From NCBI GenBank assembly GCA_036399095.1, contig DASWNT010000022.1:9309-73308 (forward strand): a stretch of 64,000 nucleotides of DNA, given 5' to 3'. This document shows positions 28,913 to 38,348 of this stretch, in pieces. The notes beneath the pieces are model-generated. The model was not told the origin of the DNA and searched no databases. It saw only the letters and a list, made by a program, of their open reading frames with translations. Source of the DNA: Allosphingosinicella sp. (GTDB lineage: Bacteria; Pseudomonadota; Alphaproteobacteria; Sphingomonadales; Sphingomonadaceae). Every line of letters starts with the position of its first letter. Within the stretch, counting starts at the first letter, position 1. The position numbers and the translations under genes are program-made.

Positions 28913-29845
28913 TTGTCACTGATTGCCCTGTCAGGGGTGAGAAAATGGGAGCCGAAGTTGAAACGTGTAGCCGCACCCCATCTTCTTCTTGCCGCCGCCG
29001 CAGCGTACGCGCCGGCGGTTTCGGCCGCGCAGCCTGTCTCCCGTTCGGCGGCGCCTGAAGCACGGACGCTGGCGGGACCGTGGTCGGTTGTTCAGCGGGA
29101 TCTTGGCTGCGCGGTGGTCGACACAACGGCCGCCGCCGATCCGAACCTGCCGGCTTACTGGCGCCCCTTTCGGGGGGACACCGTGATCAACATCGCAACG
29201 GATGGTTACACGCGCACCGGCCTCGACCTTCACAGGCAGGCAGCGGGGCTGCTCCGGGTGGCGGGGAAGACATATCCGATCCAAGGGGGGCTGGTTGTCG
29301 TTGTCAACGCCGCGAGACCGACCGCGGCGACCAGCCAGTTCATTGTCGCGACACTGGGGAAGCAAACGCAGCAGCTGTTCAGCAGTCCGCCCGCGGCGGC
29401 AAACCGGGTGCAGGTGGAATTCCGCGGCCGGATCGCCGGCTCGGCACCCTTTCCGCCCGCCGCCGTTTGGCAGGAGGCCGAGCGGTGCCTGGCGCGTGTC
29501 GGCGAGGCGCTGCTGGCTGCCGCGCCGCCGCCGCAGCCGGGCGGGGTACCGGTGCCACGCGACGTGCCGGTGCCGCGGCAGCCGCCGTCTCGGTGGATCG
29601 ATTCGCAGAGCTATCCGGCCTCCGCTCTTAAGGCGAAGGCGCAAGGCGATACCGGGGTTCGGGTGGAGGTCGACCGCTACGGCTATCCGACGTCCTGCCG
29701 GGTCGTGTCGAGCGCCGGGTTCAAGGCGCTGGACGATGCCGCTTGCCCGCAGATCATGACGCGGGGGCGGTTTTACCCCGCGCTGGACAGCCGGGGGGTG
29801 GCCGTTCCCGGGGTCTGGGAGCGGCGGGTTATTTGGAGGCTTTGA
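28913..29845 (+). CDS. periplasmic protein with TonB C-terminal-like domain
   Basis: C-terminal YPASALKAKAQGDTGVRVEVDRYGYPTSCRVVSSAGFKALDDAA is preceded by a Pro-rich linker. The start is uncertain: TTG 28913, or a later GTG/TTG. Confidence 0.55.
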   Translation: MSLIALSGVRKWEPKLKRVAAPHLLLAAAAAYAPAVSAAQPVSRSAAPEARTLAGPWSVVQRDLGCAVVDTTAAADPNLPAYWRPFRGDTVINIATDGYTRTGLDLHRQAAGLLRVAGKTYPIQGGLVVVVNAARPTAATSQFIVATLGKQTQQLFSSPPAAANRVQVEFRGRIAGSAPFPPAAVWQEAERCLARVGEALLAAAPPPQPGGVPVPRDVPVPRQPPSRWIDSQSYPASALKAKAQGDTGVRVEVDRYGYPTSCRVVSSAGFKALDDAACPQIMTRGRFYPALDSRGVAVPGVWERRVIWRL

Positions 29846-29858
29846 CGGGCTTCACACG

Positions 29859-29885
29859 CCCTCCCCAACCCCCCTAAAGGGAGGG
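29859..29885. terminator. 7-bp GC hairpin between convergent genes
   Basis: CCCTCCC-N13-GGGAGGG lies in the 50-nt gap between the TonB-like stop (29845) and the atpF stop (29896). There is no U-tract on either strand. Confidence 0.3.
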
Positions 29886-29895
29886 GCTTGAGAGA

Positions 29896-30546
29896 TCAGT
29901 GGGCGGTGCCCAAGCCGGCGATGGTGCGGTCGACGAGGGCGCGGTCGCTTTCGGCATCCATTTCGCGGCGGATCAGCGTTTCGGCGGCCGCGGCGGCGGC
30001 GCGGGCGGCGCGGGCGCGGACTTCGTCCACGGCCTGACGCTCGGCGGCGGCGATCTTGTCTTCCGCCATGCGGGTGCGGCGTTCGATCAAAGCATCCGAA
30101 TTGGCCTGGGCTTCACGGACGATGACGTCGGCTTCGCTGCGGGCGCGTTCTACGATCGCGGCGGCTTCCGCTTCGGCGGCGGCGGACTTGGCTTCCTGTT
30201 CGGCGCGAAGCGCTTCGGCTTCGGCGCGAAGCTGGGCGGCTTCGTCGAGCTGCTGGCGGATGCCTTCGATCTTGCGGTCGAGCGCCTTGCCGATCGCCGC
30301 CGGCACCTTTTTCCAGAGGAGAAGCGCAAGCACCACGATCATCGCAAGCGCGACCCAGGCGGTCGCGTCGAGGCCGAGGCCGGTCGGCTCCGCGTGGATT
30401 GCGCCGCCATGGCCTTCGTCGGCGGTGGTCGCAACGGCGTCGCCGCCGGTGTGCGGCATTGCGCCATTCTCTTCGGTGCCGGTGACGACGGTGTCGAGCT
30501 CGGCGCCCGCAACGGAGTGGGTGGCGGTGGTGGTGTTATCAGCCAT
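29896..30546 (-). CDS. atpF: F0F1 ATP synthase subunit b
   Basis: It has a single TM helix (WVALAMIVVLALLLW) and then a long Ala/Glu/Arg coiled coil. It is the last gene of the F0 operon. Confidence 0.85.
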   Translation of the reverse strand: MADNTTTATHSVAGAELDTVVTGTEENGAMPHTGGDAVATTADEGHGGAIHAEPTGLGLDATAWVALAMIVVLALLLWKKVPAAIGKALDRKIEGIRQQLDEAAQLRAEAEALRAEQEAKSAAAEAEAAAIVERARSEADVIVREAQANSDALIERRTRMAEDKIAAAERQAVDEVRARAARAAAAAAETLIRREMDAESDRALVDRTIAGLGTAH

Positions 30547-31033
30547 TGGCCAGTGCCGTTCTTACTGCATCGGCCGCGGCATCGCGCGACACGTTTTTGC
30601 CGGTGAGGCGGGAAACGATGTCCTGCGCGGCCTCGGCGGCCACGCCCTCGATCTCGCCCTGCGCCGCATCGCTTGCGGCACGGATCCGCGCTTCGGCATC
30701 GGCGACGCGCGCGGATGCCTGGGCGTCGGCGGCCTTGAGCTTGGCTTCCGCCTCGCGGGCGGCGGCTTCCTTCGCGGCCTGGGTGACTTTCATCGCTTCG
30801 GCGCGGTTGGCGTCGGCGCGATCGCGGTTTGCCGCCCCGAGGCTTTCCGCCGATGCCCGCGCGGCTTCCGCCGCGGCGAGATCGCCGGCGATGCGCTGGT
30901 CCCGCGCATCCACCGTTGCTTCGATCTTCGGGAGCATTCCCCGGCCCACGATGACGTAGAGCAGGCCAAAGGTCACGACGAGCCAGAAGAGCTGCGACGC
31001 GAAGATCTCGGAGATTTGGGCTATCTGAGGCAT
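30539..31033 (-). CDS. F0F1 ATP synthase subunit b'
   Basis: MPQIAQISEIFASQLFWLVVTFGLLYVIV is a TM helix followed by a coiled coil. It overlaps atpF by 8 nt. The b/b' pair is typical of alphaproteobacteria. Confidence 0.85.
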   Translation of the reverse strand: MPQIAQISEIFASQLFWLVVTFGLLYVIVGRGMLPKIEATVDARDQRIAGDLAAAEAARASAESLGAANRDRADANRAEAMKVTQAAKEAAAREAEAKLKAADAQASARVADAEARIRAASDAAQGEIEGVAAEAAQDIVSRLTGKNVSRDAAADAVRTALANG

Positions 31034-31102
31034 AACAATCCCGCTGCCGCCGCCTGCCGCTCCCGGAGGAGAGGCGAAGCGGCGGTGACTATCTGAACCG
31101 GC

Positions 31103-31333
31103 TTATTCGGCGACGAAGAGCAGGATCATTGCAACAACGAACGCCAGCAGGCCGAGAAGCTCGGCGGCGGCGAAGCCGATGAAGAGACGGCCCTGCTGGC
31201 TGTCGGCGGCGGCCGGGTTGCGCAGCGCACTGGAGAGGAAGGAACCGAAGACGTTACCCACGCCAAGGGCGGCCATGCCAACGCCGATTGCGGCGAGACC
31301 GGCACCGAGCAGCTTTGCGGCTTCTGCGTCCAT
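31103..31333 (-). CDS. atpE: F0F1 ATP synthase subunit c
   Basis: A 76-aa hairpin proteolipid. GLAAIGVGMAALGVGNV is the GxGxGxG helix, and the proton-binding Glu is in FAAAELLGLLAFVVAM. Confidence 0.92.
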   Translation of the reverse strand: MDAEAAKLLGAGLAAIGVGMAALGVGNVFGSFLSSALRNPAAADSQQGRLFIGFAAAELLGLLAFVVAMILLFVAE

Positions 31334-31377
31334 TTTAGAAACTCCTTTGATTGAACCGTTGAATAGGTTGGTGAAAC

Positions 31378-32163
31378 TCAGTGAAGATTGACCGCGTCGT
31401 TGAGGTACAAGGACGTTAAGAGCGCGAAAACATAGGCCTGGATGGCGGCAACCAGCAGCTCGAGGAGCGTGATGCCGATCATCAGAATGAACGAAGGCAG
31501 GCTGACCACCGGGATGACCCAGAAGGCCTCCGCGTTGAGGCCGTTGATCACGAAGCCGGCAAGCACCTTCATCAGGATGTGGCCGGCCGTCATCGCCACG
31601 AACAAACGCAGCGCAAGGCTGAACGGGCGAACCATGAACGACACGAACTCGACCGGGATCAGGATGGGAAGCATCCACCAGGGCGCGCCGTGCGGCACGA
31701 AGAGGGAGAAGAAGTGGAAGCCGTGCTTCGCCAGGCCGACGGCGAGAACGATCCCAAACGACACGATCGCCAACACGCCGGTGATGGTAAGGTGGCTGGT
31801 GACGGTGAACGGGTGGAGGCCCACGATGCCCACCGGCAGCATGCCGAGCAGGTTGGCGACCAGGATGAACATGAAAAGCGTGAACACGTAGGGCGTGAAC
31901 TTGCGGCCTTCCGGGCCGATGTTCGTGGTCATCATCGAGGAGATGAAGCCGGTAACGCCTTCAACGGCCGCCTGCCAGCGGGTGGGGACGAGCTGGCGCT
32001 TCATGCCGCCCACCATGAACAGCCACACCGCGCCAAGCGCGAGCAGCATCCACAAGGCGCTGTTCGTAAAGGCGATCTGCTGACCGCCGATATTGAACCC
32101 CTCGAAGATGGACTGCACCTCGAACTGGTGCATTGGATCGATCTTGCCTGCTTCGGCCGCCAC
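31378..32163 (-). CDS. atpB: F0F1 ATP synthase subunit a
   Basis: Polytopic protein. The essential Arg context is VRPFSLALRLFVAMTAGHI. Confidence 0.92.
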   Translation of the reverse strand: MAAEAGKIDPMHQFEVQSIFEGFNIGGQQIAFTNSALWMLLALGAVWLFMVGGMKRQLVPTRWQAAVEGVTGFISSMMTTNIGPEGRKFTPYVFTLFMFILVANLLGMLPVGIVGLHPFTVTSHLTITGVLAIVSFGIVLAVGLAKHGFHFFSLFVPHGAPWWMLPILIPVEFVSFMVRPFSLALRLFVAMTAGHILMKVLAGFVINGLNAEAFWVIPVVSLPSFILMIGITLLELLVAAIQAYVFALLTSLYLNDAVNLH

Positions 32164-32198
32164 GTCTTGTTTCCCGTTAATGATCCAAACGCCCCGAA

Positions 32199-32510
32199 TC
32201 AGGGGCGCTTGTTGGAAAGCTTGATGATGTTTCTGAAGCCCGCCGCCGTTCCAAGGAACATCAGCAGCAACAGAAAAAGCGGAAGCGTATCGAACCAGGT
32301 GTCGAGCACCCAGCCGATCACGGCGCCGCCGCCCAGGCCCCCGATCAGATAGGACAAAGCACGGCTGCCGAGCTGCTCACCTTTGTCAGCCGGCGTCCGC
32401 GCGCTGCCCGTTCTGGCCGCCTCCGCCTCCTGGGCCCGCTTCAGCCGCTCGTCGAGCGACTGGAAACGGGCATCCCGTGGAGGCTTCGGGTCCGGTTCGT
32501 TCTCCGTCAT
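32199..32510 (-). CDS. atpI: AtpZ/AtpI-family ATP synthase protein I
   Basis: Small 2-TM protein immediately upstream of atpB, with a charged N-terminus. Confidence 0.7.
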   Translation of the reverse strand: MTENEPDPKPPRDARFQSLDERLKRAQEAEAARTGSARTPADKGEQLGSRALSYLIGGLGGGAVIGWVLDTWFDTLPLFLLLLMFLGTAAGFRNIIKLSNKRP

Positions 32511-32680
32511 GCCTTCTCTTCCAGGTGCAACCGAAGCTTTGAAAACAACGGTGCAAAAAGGGCGTGGGACATGCCGGCGAACGATCCCGCCAAGGCGCCG
32601 CCCCTTTAGGAAGGGGGGAGAGGCAAGTCAACACAGAGATGGGGTAAAGCGAGGCGTCGATCCCGCGCTCCAAAGCGTCG

Positions 32681-32763
32681 CCCCAGCGAAGGCTGGGGCC
32701 CATGCTGAGCCTCCACCCGCGGCGGCAATCGCGGAATCAGCATGGATGCCAGCCTTCGCTGGC
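32681..32763. repeat. two REP-like GC hairpins in inverted orientation
   Basis: CCCCAGCGAAGGCTGGGG (32681-32698) and GCCAGCCTTCGCTGGC (32748-32763). Their cores are exact reverse complements. A spurious ORF translates them as PAFAGMT. Confidence 0.55.
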
Positions 32764-32872
32764 ATGACGGTATCAAATTGGGCGGAGGTGTGTACTCGAG
32801 GGCGAACGAAGAAGGCCGGCGCCTTTCGACGCCGGCCTCGTCTCTCGCTTCATCGCCGATGAAGGTGATGTG

Positions 32873-33262
32873 TTACCCGCAATAGCTCGGCAGCGGGATG
32901 GTTTCGCCGGCCGCCCGTTTCTTCCAGGCGCCGTCGGTGCCGCGGTAGAATTGGCCGGGGGCGACCTTGCTCCGGAACAGTTCGCAGGCGGTGGTGGCGG
33001 CCACTTCCTCGATCTTGGCGCCGCGGCGGGCGGCGAGATCGGTGTAATAAGCGCGGCGCTGGATGTTCACCGAATCGACCTGGGCGCGGACGCTTGCGGG
33101 CACCGATCCGACCACGCCGAGATAACCGTCGGCCTGCTCGCCGGCCTGGCCGGAGGCGCGCAAGGACGCGGCGGCGTCCTGGAACGCGTAAGCGGCGCCG
33201 GCGCTGCCCACAGCGGCCAGAACCAGGCCCGCGGCGATGATAGTCTTGGTACGGCGGTTCAT
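32873..33262 (-). CDS. ydbL: YdbL-family periplasmic protein (DUF1318)
   Basis: A signal peptide is followed by GYLGVVG...VDSVNIQRRAYYTDLAARRG. It is the third gene of the ydbH-ynbE-ydbL arrangement. Confidence 0.7.
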   Translation of the reverse strand: MNRRTKTIIAAGLVLAAVGSAGAAYAFQDAAASLRASGQAGEQADGYLGVVGSVPASVRAQVDSVNIQRRAYYTDLAARRGAKIEEVAATTACELFRSKVAPGQFYRGTDGAWKKRAAGETIPLPSYCG

Positions 33263-33495
33263 CAGAACACTCCCGGGTTTTTCTCAATGAGGTCGCGTAC
33301 ATCCTCCTGCAGGCGGACAACGACCTCTTGCCTGATATTGATGTTGAGGTTGATCTCGATCGGCTTGTCGGGCGCGCTCACCTGAACGCATCCGGCCGTC
33401 AAGACCAGGGCCGGCGCGAGGAGGAGGAGTTGAGCCCGTCTCATCGCGCCCTGCGTCGCACTGGGGCGCAGTCTCGTCAATATCGACGCTGTCAT
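33262..33495 (-). CDS. ynbE: YnbE-family lipoprotein
   Basis: Lipobox LTAGC is followed by DKPIEINLNINI. The ATG at 33495 overlaps the ydbH stop (ATGA). The alternative ATG at 33444 gives a 60-aa product. Confidence 0.7.
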   Translation of the reverse strand: MTASILTRLRPSATQGAMRRAQLLLLAPALVLTAGCVQVSAPDKPIEINLNINIRQEVVVRLQEDVRDLIEKNPGVF

Positions 33496-36400
33496 CGCAT
33501 GGTCTCGCTTTCCTGGGGCTGAACGGGTTTGGCTTCGGGTTGAGTCGATGGCGCGGGCGCGAGCGGATCGCGCGGGCGCAGATGTTCGGGCAGAACGGAC
33601 TGGATGAGATTGGTCGGGTCCTCCAGCGAGCGCATGGTGGCCAGCAGGGAGCGGAAAGGCCCGCGTACCGAGATGTTGAACTCGAACGGGATCTTGGCCA
33701 GCTGAGTCATCGCCCGGTTGACGACGAGGCCGCTGATCCCGCCGCTGGGCGCGGTGGTGCCGGCGGTGTCGCGAGCGATGCCGTCCAGTTCGATAGCAGC
33801 GACGAATTCGCCCTCCAGGGCGCCGTCGAGGCCGATGGTCAGCTTGGAATAACGCAGCGATTTCAAGGCATCGAAGGCGAGCTTGCCGTAGACGCCGAGC
33901 TGCTTGTCGGTGAGTTCGCCAATGTAGGACAAGGTGCCGCCCGGATCGCGGGCGACCAGGCTTCCCCCGACGATGCGGCCGCCGCGTTCGTCGAACACCA
34001 TCGGGATGATGCCGTCGAAGGTGCCGGTGGCGGAGATGTTGGAGAATTCCATCTGCTGGATGAAGAGCGCCGCATCCAGGCCGACGACGCGGAAGGTGAG
34101 GCGCTTGGCGGAGGGCTTGGAGAAATCGAGCACGGTCTCCTCCAGCCGAAGCTCGCCGCCCGCGAAGGGCCAGGCGCCGGCTTCCACTTTTACCTGGAGG
34201 CCGGGAAGAAGCTGGTAGCGGATTCGGCCGTCGAACACGTCGATGCCGGTGCGGATCACGTCGGCTTCCGCCGTCTGGCCGGGCGCGGAGGTGAGGCCGA
34301 GCAAATCGGTGAAGTTTACCCGGGTGCGGAAGCCTTCGACCGGGCCGAAGGTTGCGGCGAAATCCATGTCGTCCGTTCCGAAGCTGCCGGTGCTGGTCGT
34401 GCCGCGCCCATCCCAGGCGATTTCGCCGCGGCCGGACAGCACGCCGTTGACCAGCGCAACGACGCCGGTGGTGAGGCGGGTGAGTTGTTCGGGCTGATAA
34501 CCCTTGTCGAAGCGGATGCCGGGCACGTCGAGGGTGGCGCGGCCTTGGCCGTTGGAGAGGGAATGGGCGATGTCCGCCTGAAGGATGCGGGTGCCGGTTT
34601 CCGGATCGAACAGCCAGCCGCCGGCGCGAATTTGATTGTTCTGGAGGGTCAGGCGGAAATCGGGGGCGGTGAGCGGGTAGAAGCGGGCGGGATCGACGGC
34701 GTCCGCGACCTTAAGGCCGCCGGTCATCAGCAGCGCCCCGCCGCGCAAGGACCAATTTCCGGCGCCTTCGGAGAGGAGCAGCGGCACGGCGGCGAGCTTG
34801 GCGTCGAGCCCGGCGTAAGTGCCGGCGAGACCCCTGCGGCCGAAGCGGCCGGTGAAGGTGGCGGCGTTGAGGCGGTTGACGCTTTCGCCGCTGCCCAGGC
34901 GGACGGCAAGACCCGAGGCGGTGAATTGCTTGTCGCGGAGGCCGAACAGGAAGCGGGCGGCCTGAAGGTCGATGGGCGTATTGCCGAGGCGCCCGGCCAG
35001 GCGGAGCGGGCGAAGGGTGGCGCCACCTTGGACGCCGCTGCCGGGGCCTTTCCACAGCAAGGCGCGGCCGGTGGGGCAGAGCGGGAGGGTTGCGGCGCCA
35101 AGGCGGAGGGTGGCGTAGCGGAAGGAGGCGAAGCGGGCGGAGACGCAGCCGGTGCCGAAGGCGAAGCCGCCGCGCCCGTCGAGCCGGCCACTGACCGGCA
35201 CGACCAGGCCGGTGACGGTGCCATTATCGAAGGGGCCGTCGAGCGTGGCTACCGTGTCGATGCGGGTCGCGCCGCCCTCCCCCGCCGTGAAGCGGATTTC
35301 GCCGAGCGCGAGACGGGAGGCCCCGACGGCGATCGGGGCGACTCGGCCGGTGCCGCTGATCGGCCCGCCGAGGCGCGGCTGGTTGAGCGCGAACCGGGCT
35401 TGGGGGAAGCCGCCGCCGGAGAGGTTCACCGTGCCGTCGATTCGCGACAAGCCGGCGGGCCAGGCATAGGTCAGCCCCTCCCCGCCTTCCAGCGTCAGGC
35501 GGGCGCCGCTTCGGCTGCGCGCAATCAGGCGGCCGAAGCGGAGGCCGCCGCCGCCCTTGGCGTTCACCAAGCGAAGCTCGCCGGCAAGATCGAACGCGCC
35601 CGCCGCCCGGCGGATGGACGCGGCAAGCGACTCACCTATTGCCTCGATCGGCGTGCCGCCGGTGGCGGCGAGCGCCTTGGCGAGGCCTTCGGCGGTGGAG
35701 CCGGCGTTGACGCCGCGAGCGCCGACATCGGCCACCAAGGTGGCGTCACCCGTTTTCGGCGAGACGGAGTAGCGGCCCTCCACGCGGGTGCGGCCGGCGG
35801 TGAAGGGCGGAACGCGGAGGGAGGCGGCGGCGAGATCAACCGCGCCTTTGGTGGTCTGGGCATTGCCGTCGAAGTCAAAGGTTCCGGCAAGCGCCCCCAG
35901 CGCATTGCCGCCGATCCGGGCACCCGCCGCTTCGATGCCGGCCTTGCCCGCCCATGCGTCCAGCCGTTCGGAGAGACCGCCGTTCAGGGCGAAATTCGGC
36001 AGCTGGAGGGTGAAGCTGGTGCCGCAGCCGATGCTTGCGGCACTCACCGGCCCGGCCATGCGGGGCTTGCCGGCGTCGATCGCCACCTTCCAATGAACGC
36101 GTGGCGCCGCCGCCCGGCACTCCCCGAGGGCGAGGGCGGGCGAGAAACCGGCAAGCTCGCCTTGAAACCCATTCGACAAATTGCCTCGCCCAGCAAGCGC
36201 AAGCCCTACCCGTCCGGCGGGCGTGTCGAGGCTGAGCGACGCGTCGGCGACATCGACGTTCATATCGGGGAAGCGGAACGGGGCCCCGCTCGGCGGCGGC
36301 AGGAGCTTGTCGATTTCGCCGAAGCGCAGCTTGCCGCCGACGACGCGCCCTCGCAGCCGGACGCCGCGCGCCGTGATCAGGGTGATCTTCGGCCGCCGGA

Positions 36401-36686
36401 AGCCCCAGCTGACCTTGAGCTCGACCGACTTGGCGGTCAGGTCCGGGTTGCGGGGGTCGCCGATCACCAGGTTCTCGACCCGCTGCCGACCGAAGCCGAT
36501 CTGCGTCACCCTGTAGCTTGCCTCGACGTCGCGCCGTTCGAACTCGCGGCGGAGGAAATCGGAGGCGAGCGGAAGCCGGAACAGCCAGAGCGCGAGGACG
36601 AGCAGCAGCAGCAGAACAAGCACAGCCGCCGCGATGCGCCGCTTGCGGCGTCTCGGGCGCTGGATTTCCTGGGGCTCGTCGTCCAC
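33492..36686 (-). CDS. ydbH: YdbH-like AsmA-family large envelope protein
   Basis: 1064 aa. It has an N-terminal Arg-rich segment plus a TM helix (AAAVLVLLLLLVLALWLF) and a long Gly/Ala-rich beta-rich body. Synteny with ynbE and ydbL supports the call. Confidence 0.75.
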   Translation of the reverse strand: MDDEPQEIQRPRRRKRRIAAAVLVLLLLLVLALWLFRLPLASDFLRREFERRDVEASYRVTQIGFGRQRVENLVIGDPRNPDLTAKSVELKVSWGFRRPKITLITARGVRLRGRVVGGKLRFGEIDKLLPPPSGAPFRFPDMNVDVADASLSLDTPAGRVGLALAGRGNLSNGFQGELAGFSPALALGECRAAAPRVHWKVAIDAGKPRMAGPVSAASIGCGTSFTLQLPNFALNGGLSERLDAWAGKAGIEAAGARIGGNALGALAGTFDFDGNAQTTKGAVDLAAASLRVPPFTAGRTRVEGRYSVSPKTGDATLVADVGARGVNAGSTAEGLAKALAATGGTPIEAIGESLAASIRRAAGAFDLAGELRLVNAKGGGGLRFGRLIARSRSGARLTLEGGEGLTYAWPAGLSRIDGTVNLSGGGFPQARFALNQPRLGGPISGTGRVAPIAVGASRLALGEIRFTAGEGGATRIDTVATLDGPFDNGTVTGLVVPVSGRLDGRGGFAFGTGCVSARFASFRYATLRLGAATLPLCPTGRALLWKGPGSGVQGGATLRPLRLAGRLGNTPIDLQAARFLFGLRDKQFTASGLAVRLGSGESVNRLNAATFTGRFGRRGLAGTYAGLDAKLAAVPLLLSEGAGNWSLRGGALLMTGGLKVADAVDPARFYPLTAPDFRLTLQNNQIRAGGWLFDPETGTRILQADIAHSLSNGQGRATLDVPGIRFDKGYQPEQLTRLTTGVVALVNGVLSGRGEIAWDGRGTTSTGSFGTDDMDFAATFGPVEGFRTRVNFTDLLGLTSAPGQTAEADVIRTGIDVFDGRIRYQLLPGLQVKVEAGAWPFAGGELRLEETVLDFSKPSAKRLTFRVVGLDAALFIQQMEFSNISATGTFDGIIPMVFDERGGRIVGGSLVARDPGGTLSYIGELTDKQLGVYGKLAFDALKSLRYSKLTIGLDGALEGEFVAAIELDGIARDTAGTTAPSGGISGLVVNRAMTQLAKIPFEFNISVRGPFRSLLATMRSLEDPTNLIQSVLPEHLRPRDPLAPAPSTQPEAKPVQPQESETMR

Positions 36687-36852
36687 GCGCCGCGCTTTAG
36701 CTCAAGGCCATGGAAAAGGCTCTGCTCAACACGCTGCGCACCATGTGTCCCAAACCCTTTGCTTCGCGCATCCGTTCCGGGGCCGTCACAGCTGCGGCTC
36801 TGGCACAAACACGTGAATTGCCTCAAGCCACGGCGAAGCTTAATCTCGCCTG

Positions 36853-37536
36853 ATGGGCGAACTTCCCCTCGACGGCAGCGGCCACCGCGCTCGGCTCCGC
36901 CAGCGCTTGTTCGAGGGCGGTCCGGACGCGCTGCTCGACCATGAGCTTGTTGAATATCTTCTCGCTTTGGCGATCCCGCGCCGCGACACCAAGCCGCTTG
37001 CCAAGAAGCTGCTTCACGATTTCGGCGGGCTTGGCGGGCTCCTCTCCGCCGATGCCGAAGCAATCGTCCGCATCGGCGGAGTAAGCGAAGGCGCCGCCGC
37101 CGCGCTCAAGATCGCCCAAGCTTCGGCGCTCCGGCTGCTGGAGAAAGGCATGGAAGGGCGGCCGGTTCTCGGCAGCTGGCAGGCGTTGCTCGATTATCTC
37201 CACGCCGACATGGCGCATAACCCGATCGAGCGGGTGCGGGTGCTGTATCTGAATGCCAAGAACATGCTGATCCGCAACGAGCCGATTTCAGAAGGCTCGG
37301 TGGACGAGGCGGCGGTTTATGTGCGCGAGGTGATCCGCCGCGCGCTCGATTACCACGCCACTTCCCTGATCCTGGTTCACAACCACCCGAGCGGCGATCC
37401 GCAGCCGAGCCAAGCCGACATTCGAATCACCCGCGAAATCGTGGAGGCCGCGCGGCCCTTGCGCATCACGGTTCACGACCACGTGATCGTCGGCGCACGC
37501 GGCTATTACAGCATGCAATCGCACGGGCTGCTCTAA
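36853..37536 (+). CDS. radC: RadC-family (JAMM/MPN) protein
   Basis: An HhH N-domain is followed by the JAMM motif LILVHNHPSGDPQPSQADI. Confidence 0.88.
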   Translation: MGELPLDGSGHRARLRQRLFEGGPDALLDHELVEYLLALAIPRRDTKPLAKKLLHDFGGLGGLLSADAEAIVRIGGVSEGAAAALKIAQASALRLLEKGMEGRPVLGSWQALLDYLHADMAHNPIERVRVLYLNAKNMLIRNEPISEGSVDEAAVYVREVIRRALDYHATSLILVHNHPSGDPQPSQADIRITREIVEAARPLRITVHDHVIVGARGYYSMQSHGLL

Positions 37537-37638
37537 AGCTTCGTCCTGCACCTGTCCGCAGACGGGACAGCCGATTTCGCCCCGTTGCCTTTCCGCCCCT
37601 TCGCGCATTGAGCAGGGAGAAGGAACCGGAAGAGGTAA

Positions 37639-38313
37639 GTGACACCCATGCTGCGGACGATCCCCTCGCACCTGCGCATTGCCTTGCTCGGCCTGCTCGC
37701 CTTTACGGCGCTGGCGGCGGCCTATCTGATCGCCGGGAAAGAGGCGCCGGCGGCGCCACGGCTTATTCCGCCCGCACATGCCGAAGCTCTGATCCCCGCG
37801 CCGCCGCCGTCGCAAGCCCGCGCCGCGCCCGCGCCCGCCGCTTTCGCTTTGCTTCCGGTCAACCGTTGGCTTGCCTCGGGCGAATATGCCTGGCGGGCCG
37901 AAGAAACCGCGCCGGGGCCGGTGACGATCGTCGTCGATCTCCGTGCTCGAACCCTCTCCGTTTACCGCGCCGGCGTCGAGATCGGTCGGAGCTCGGTCGT
38001 CTACGGCTATGAAGACAAGCCGACGCCGCTCGGCACGTTCGCAATTTTGCAGAAGAAAGCGGACCACATCTCCAACCTCTACAATGCGCCCATGCCATGG
38101 ATGCTTCGGCTGACTTGGGACGGCGTTGCTATCCACGGTTCCGAAATGGCGGACGACAAGGCAACCCACGGCTGCATCGGCGTCCCGAACGAATTCGGCG
38201 AGAAGCTGTTCGGCCTTGCCCAGAAAGGCGGGCGGGTGATCGTCAACAACGGCCCCCCAGGGCGTGCCGATTACGGCGCTTACGCCGCTTTGCCGTACGG
38301 CGCCGCCGTTTAG
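37639..38313 (+). CDS. L,D-transpeptidase (YkuD) domain protein
   Basis: A TM/signal anchor is followed by the YkuD core FAILQKKADH...IHGSEMADDKATHGCIGV (catalytic His/Cys). Confidence 0.8.
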   Translation: MTPMLRTIPSHLRIALLGLLAFTALAAAYLIAGKEAPAAPRLIPPAHAEALIPAPPPSQARAAPAPAAFALLPVNRWLASGEYAWRAEETAPGPVTIVVDLRARTLSVYRAGVEIGRSSVVYGYEDKPTPLGTFAILQKKADHISNLYNAPMPWMLRLTWDGVAIHGSEMADDKATHGCIGVPNEFGEKLFGLAQKGGRVIVNNGPPGRADYGAYAALPYGAAV

Positions 38314-38348
38314 GACGCAGCCGGGCGTCGGGTCCGGCTGCGCGCGCC

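Noticed and set aside
33540-36944. 1134-aa plus-strand ORF antisense to ydbH
   Set aside because: It is a Gly/Ala/Arg/Glu-rich shadow ORF. The minus frame has an N-terminal TM anchor and is coupled to ynbE and ydbL.
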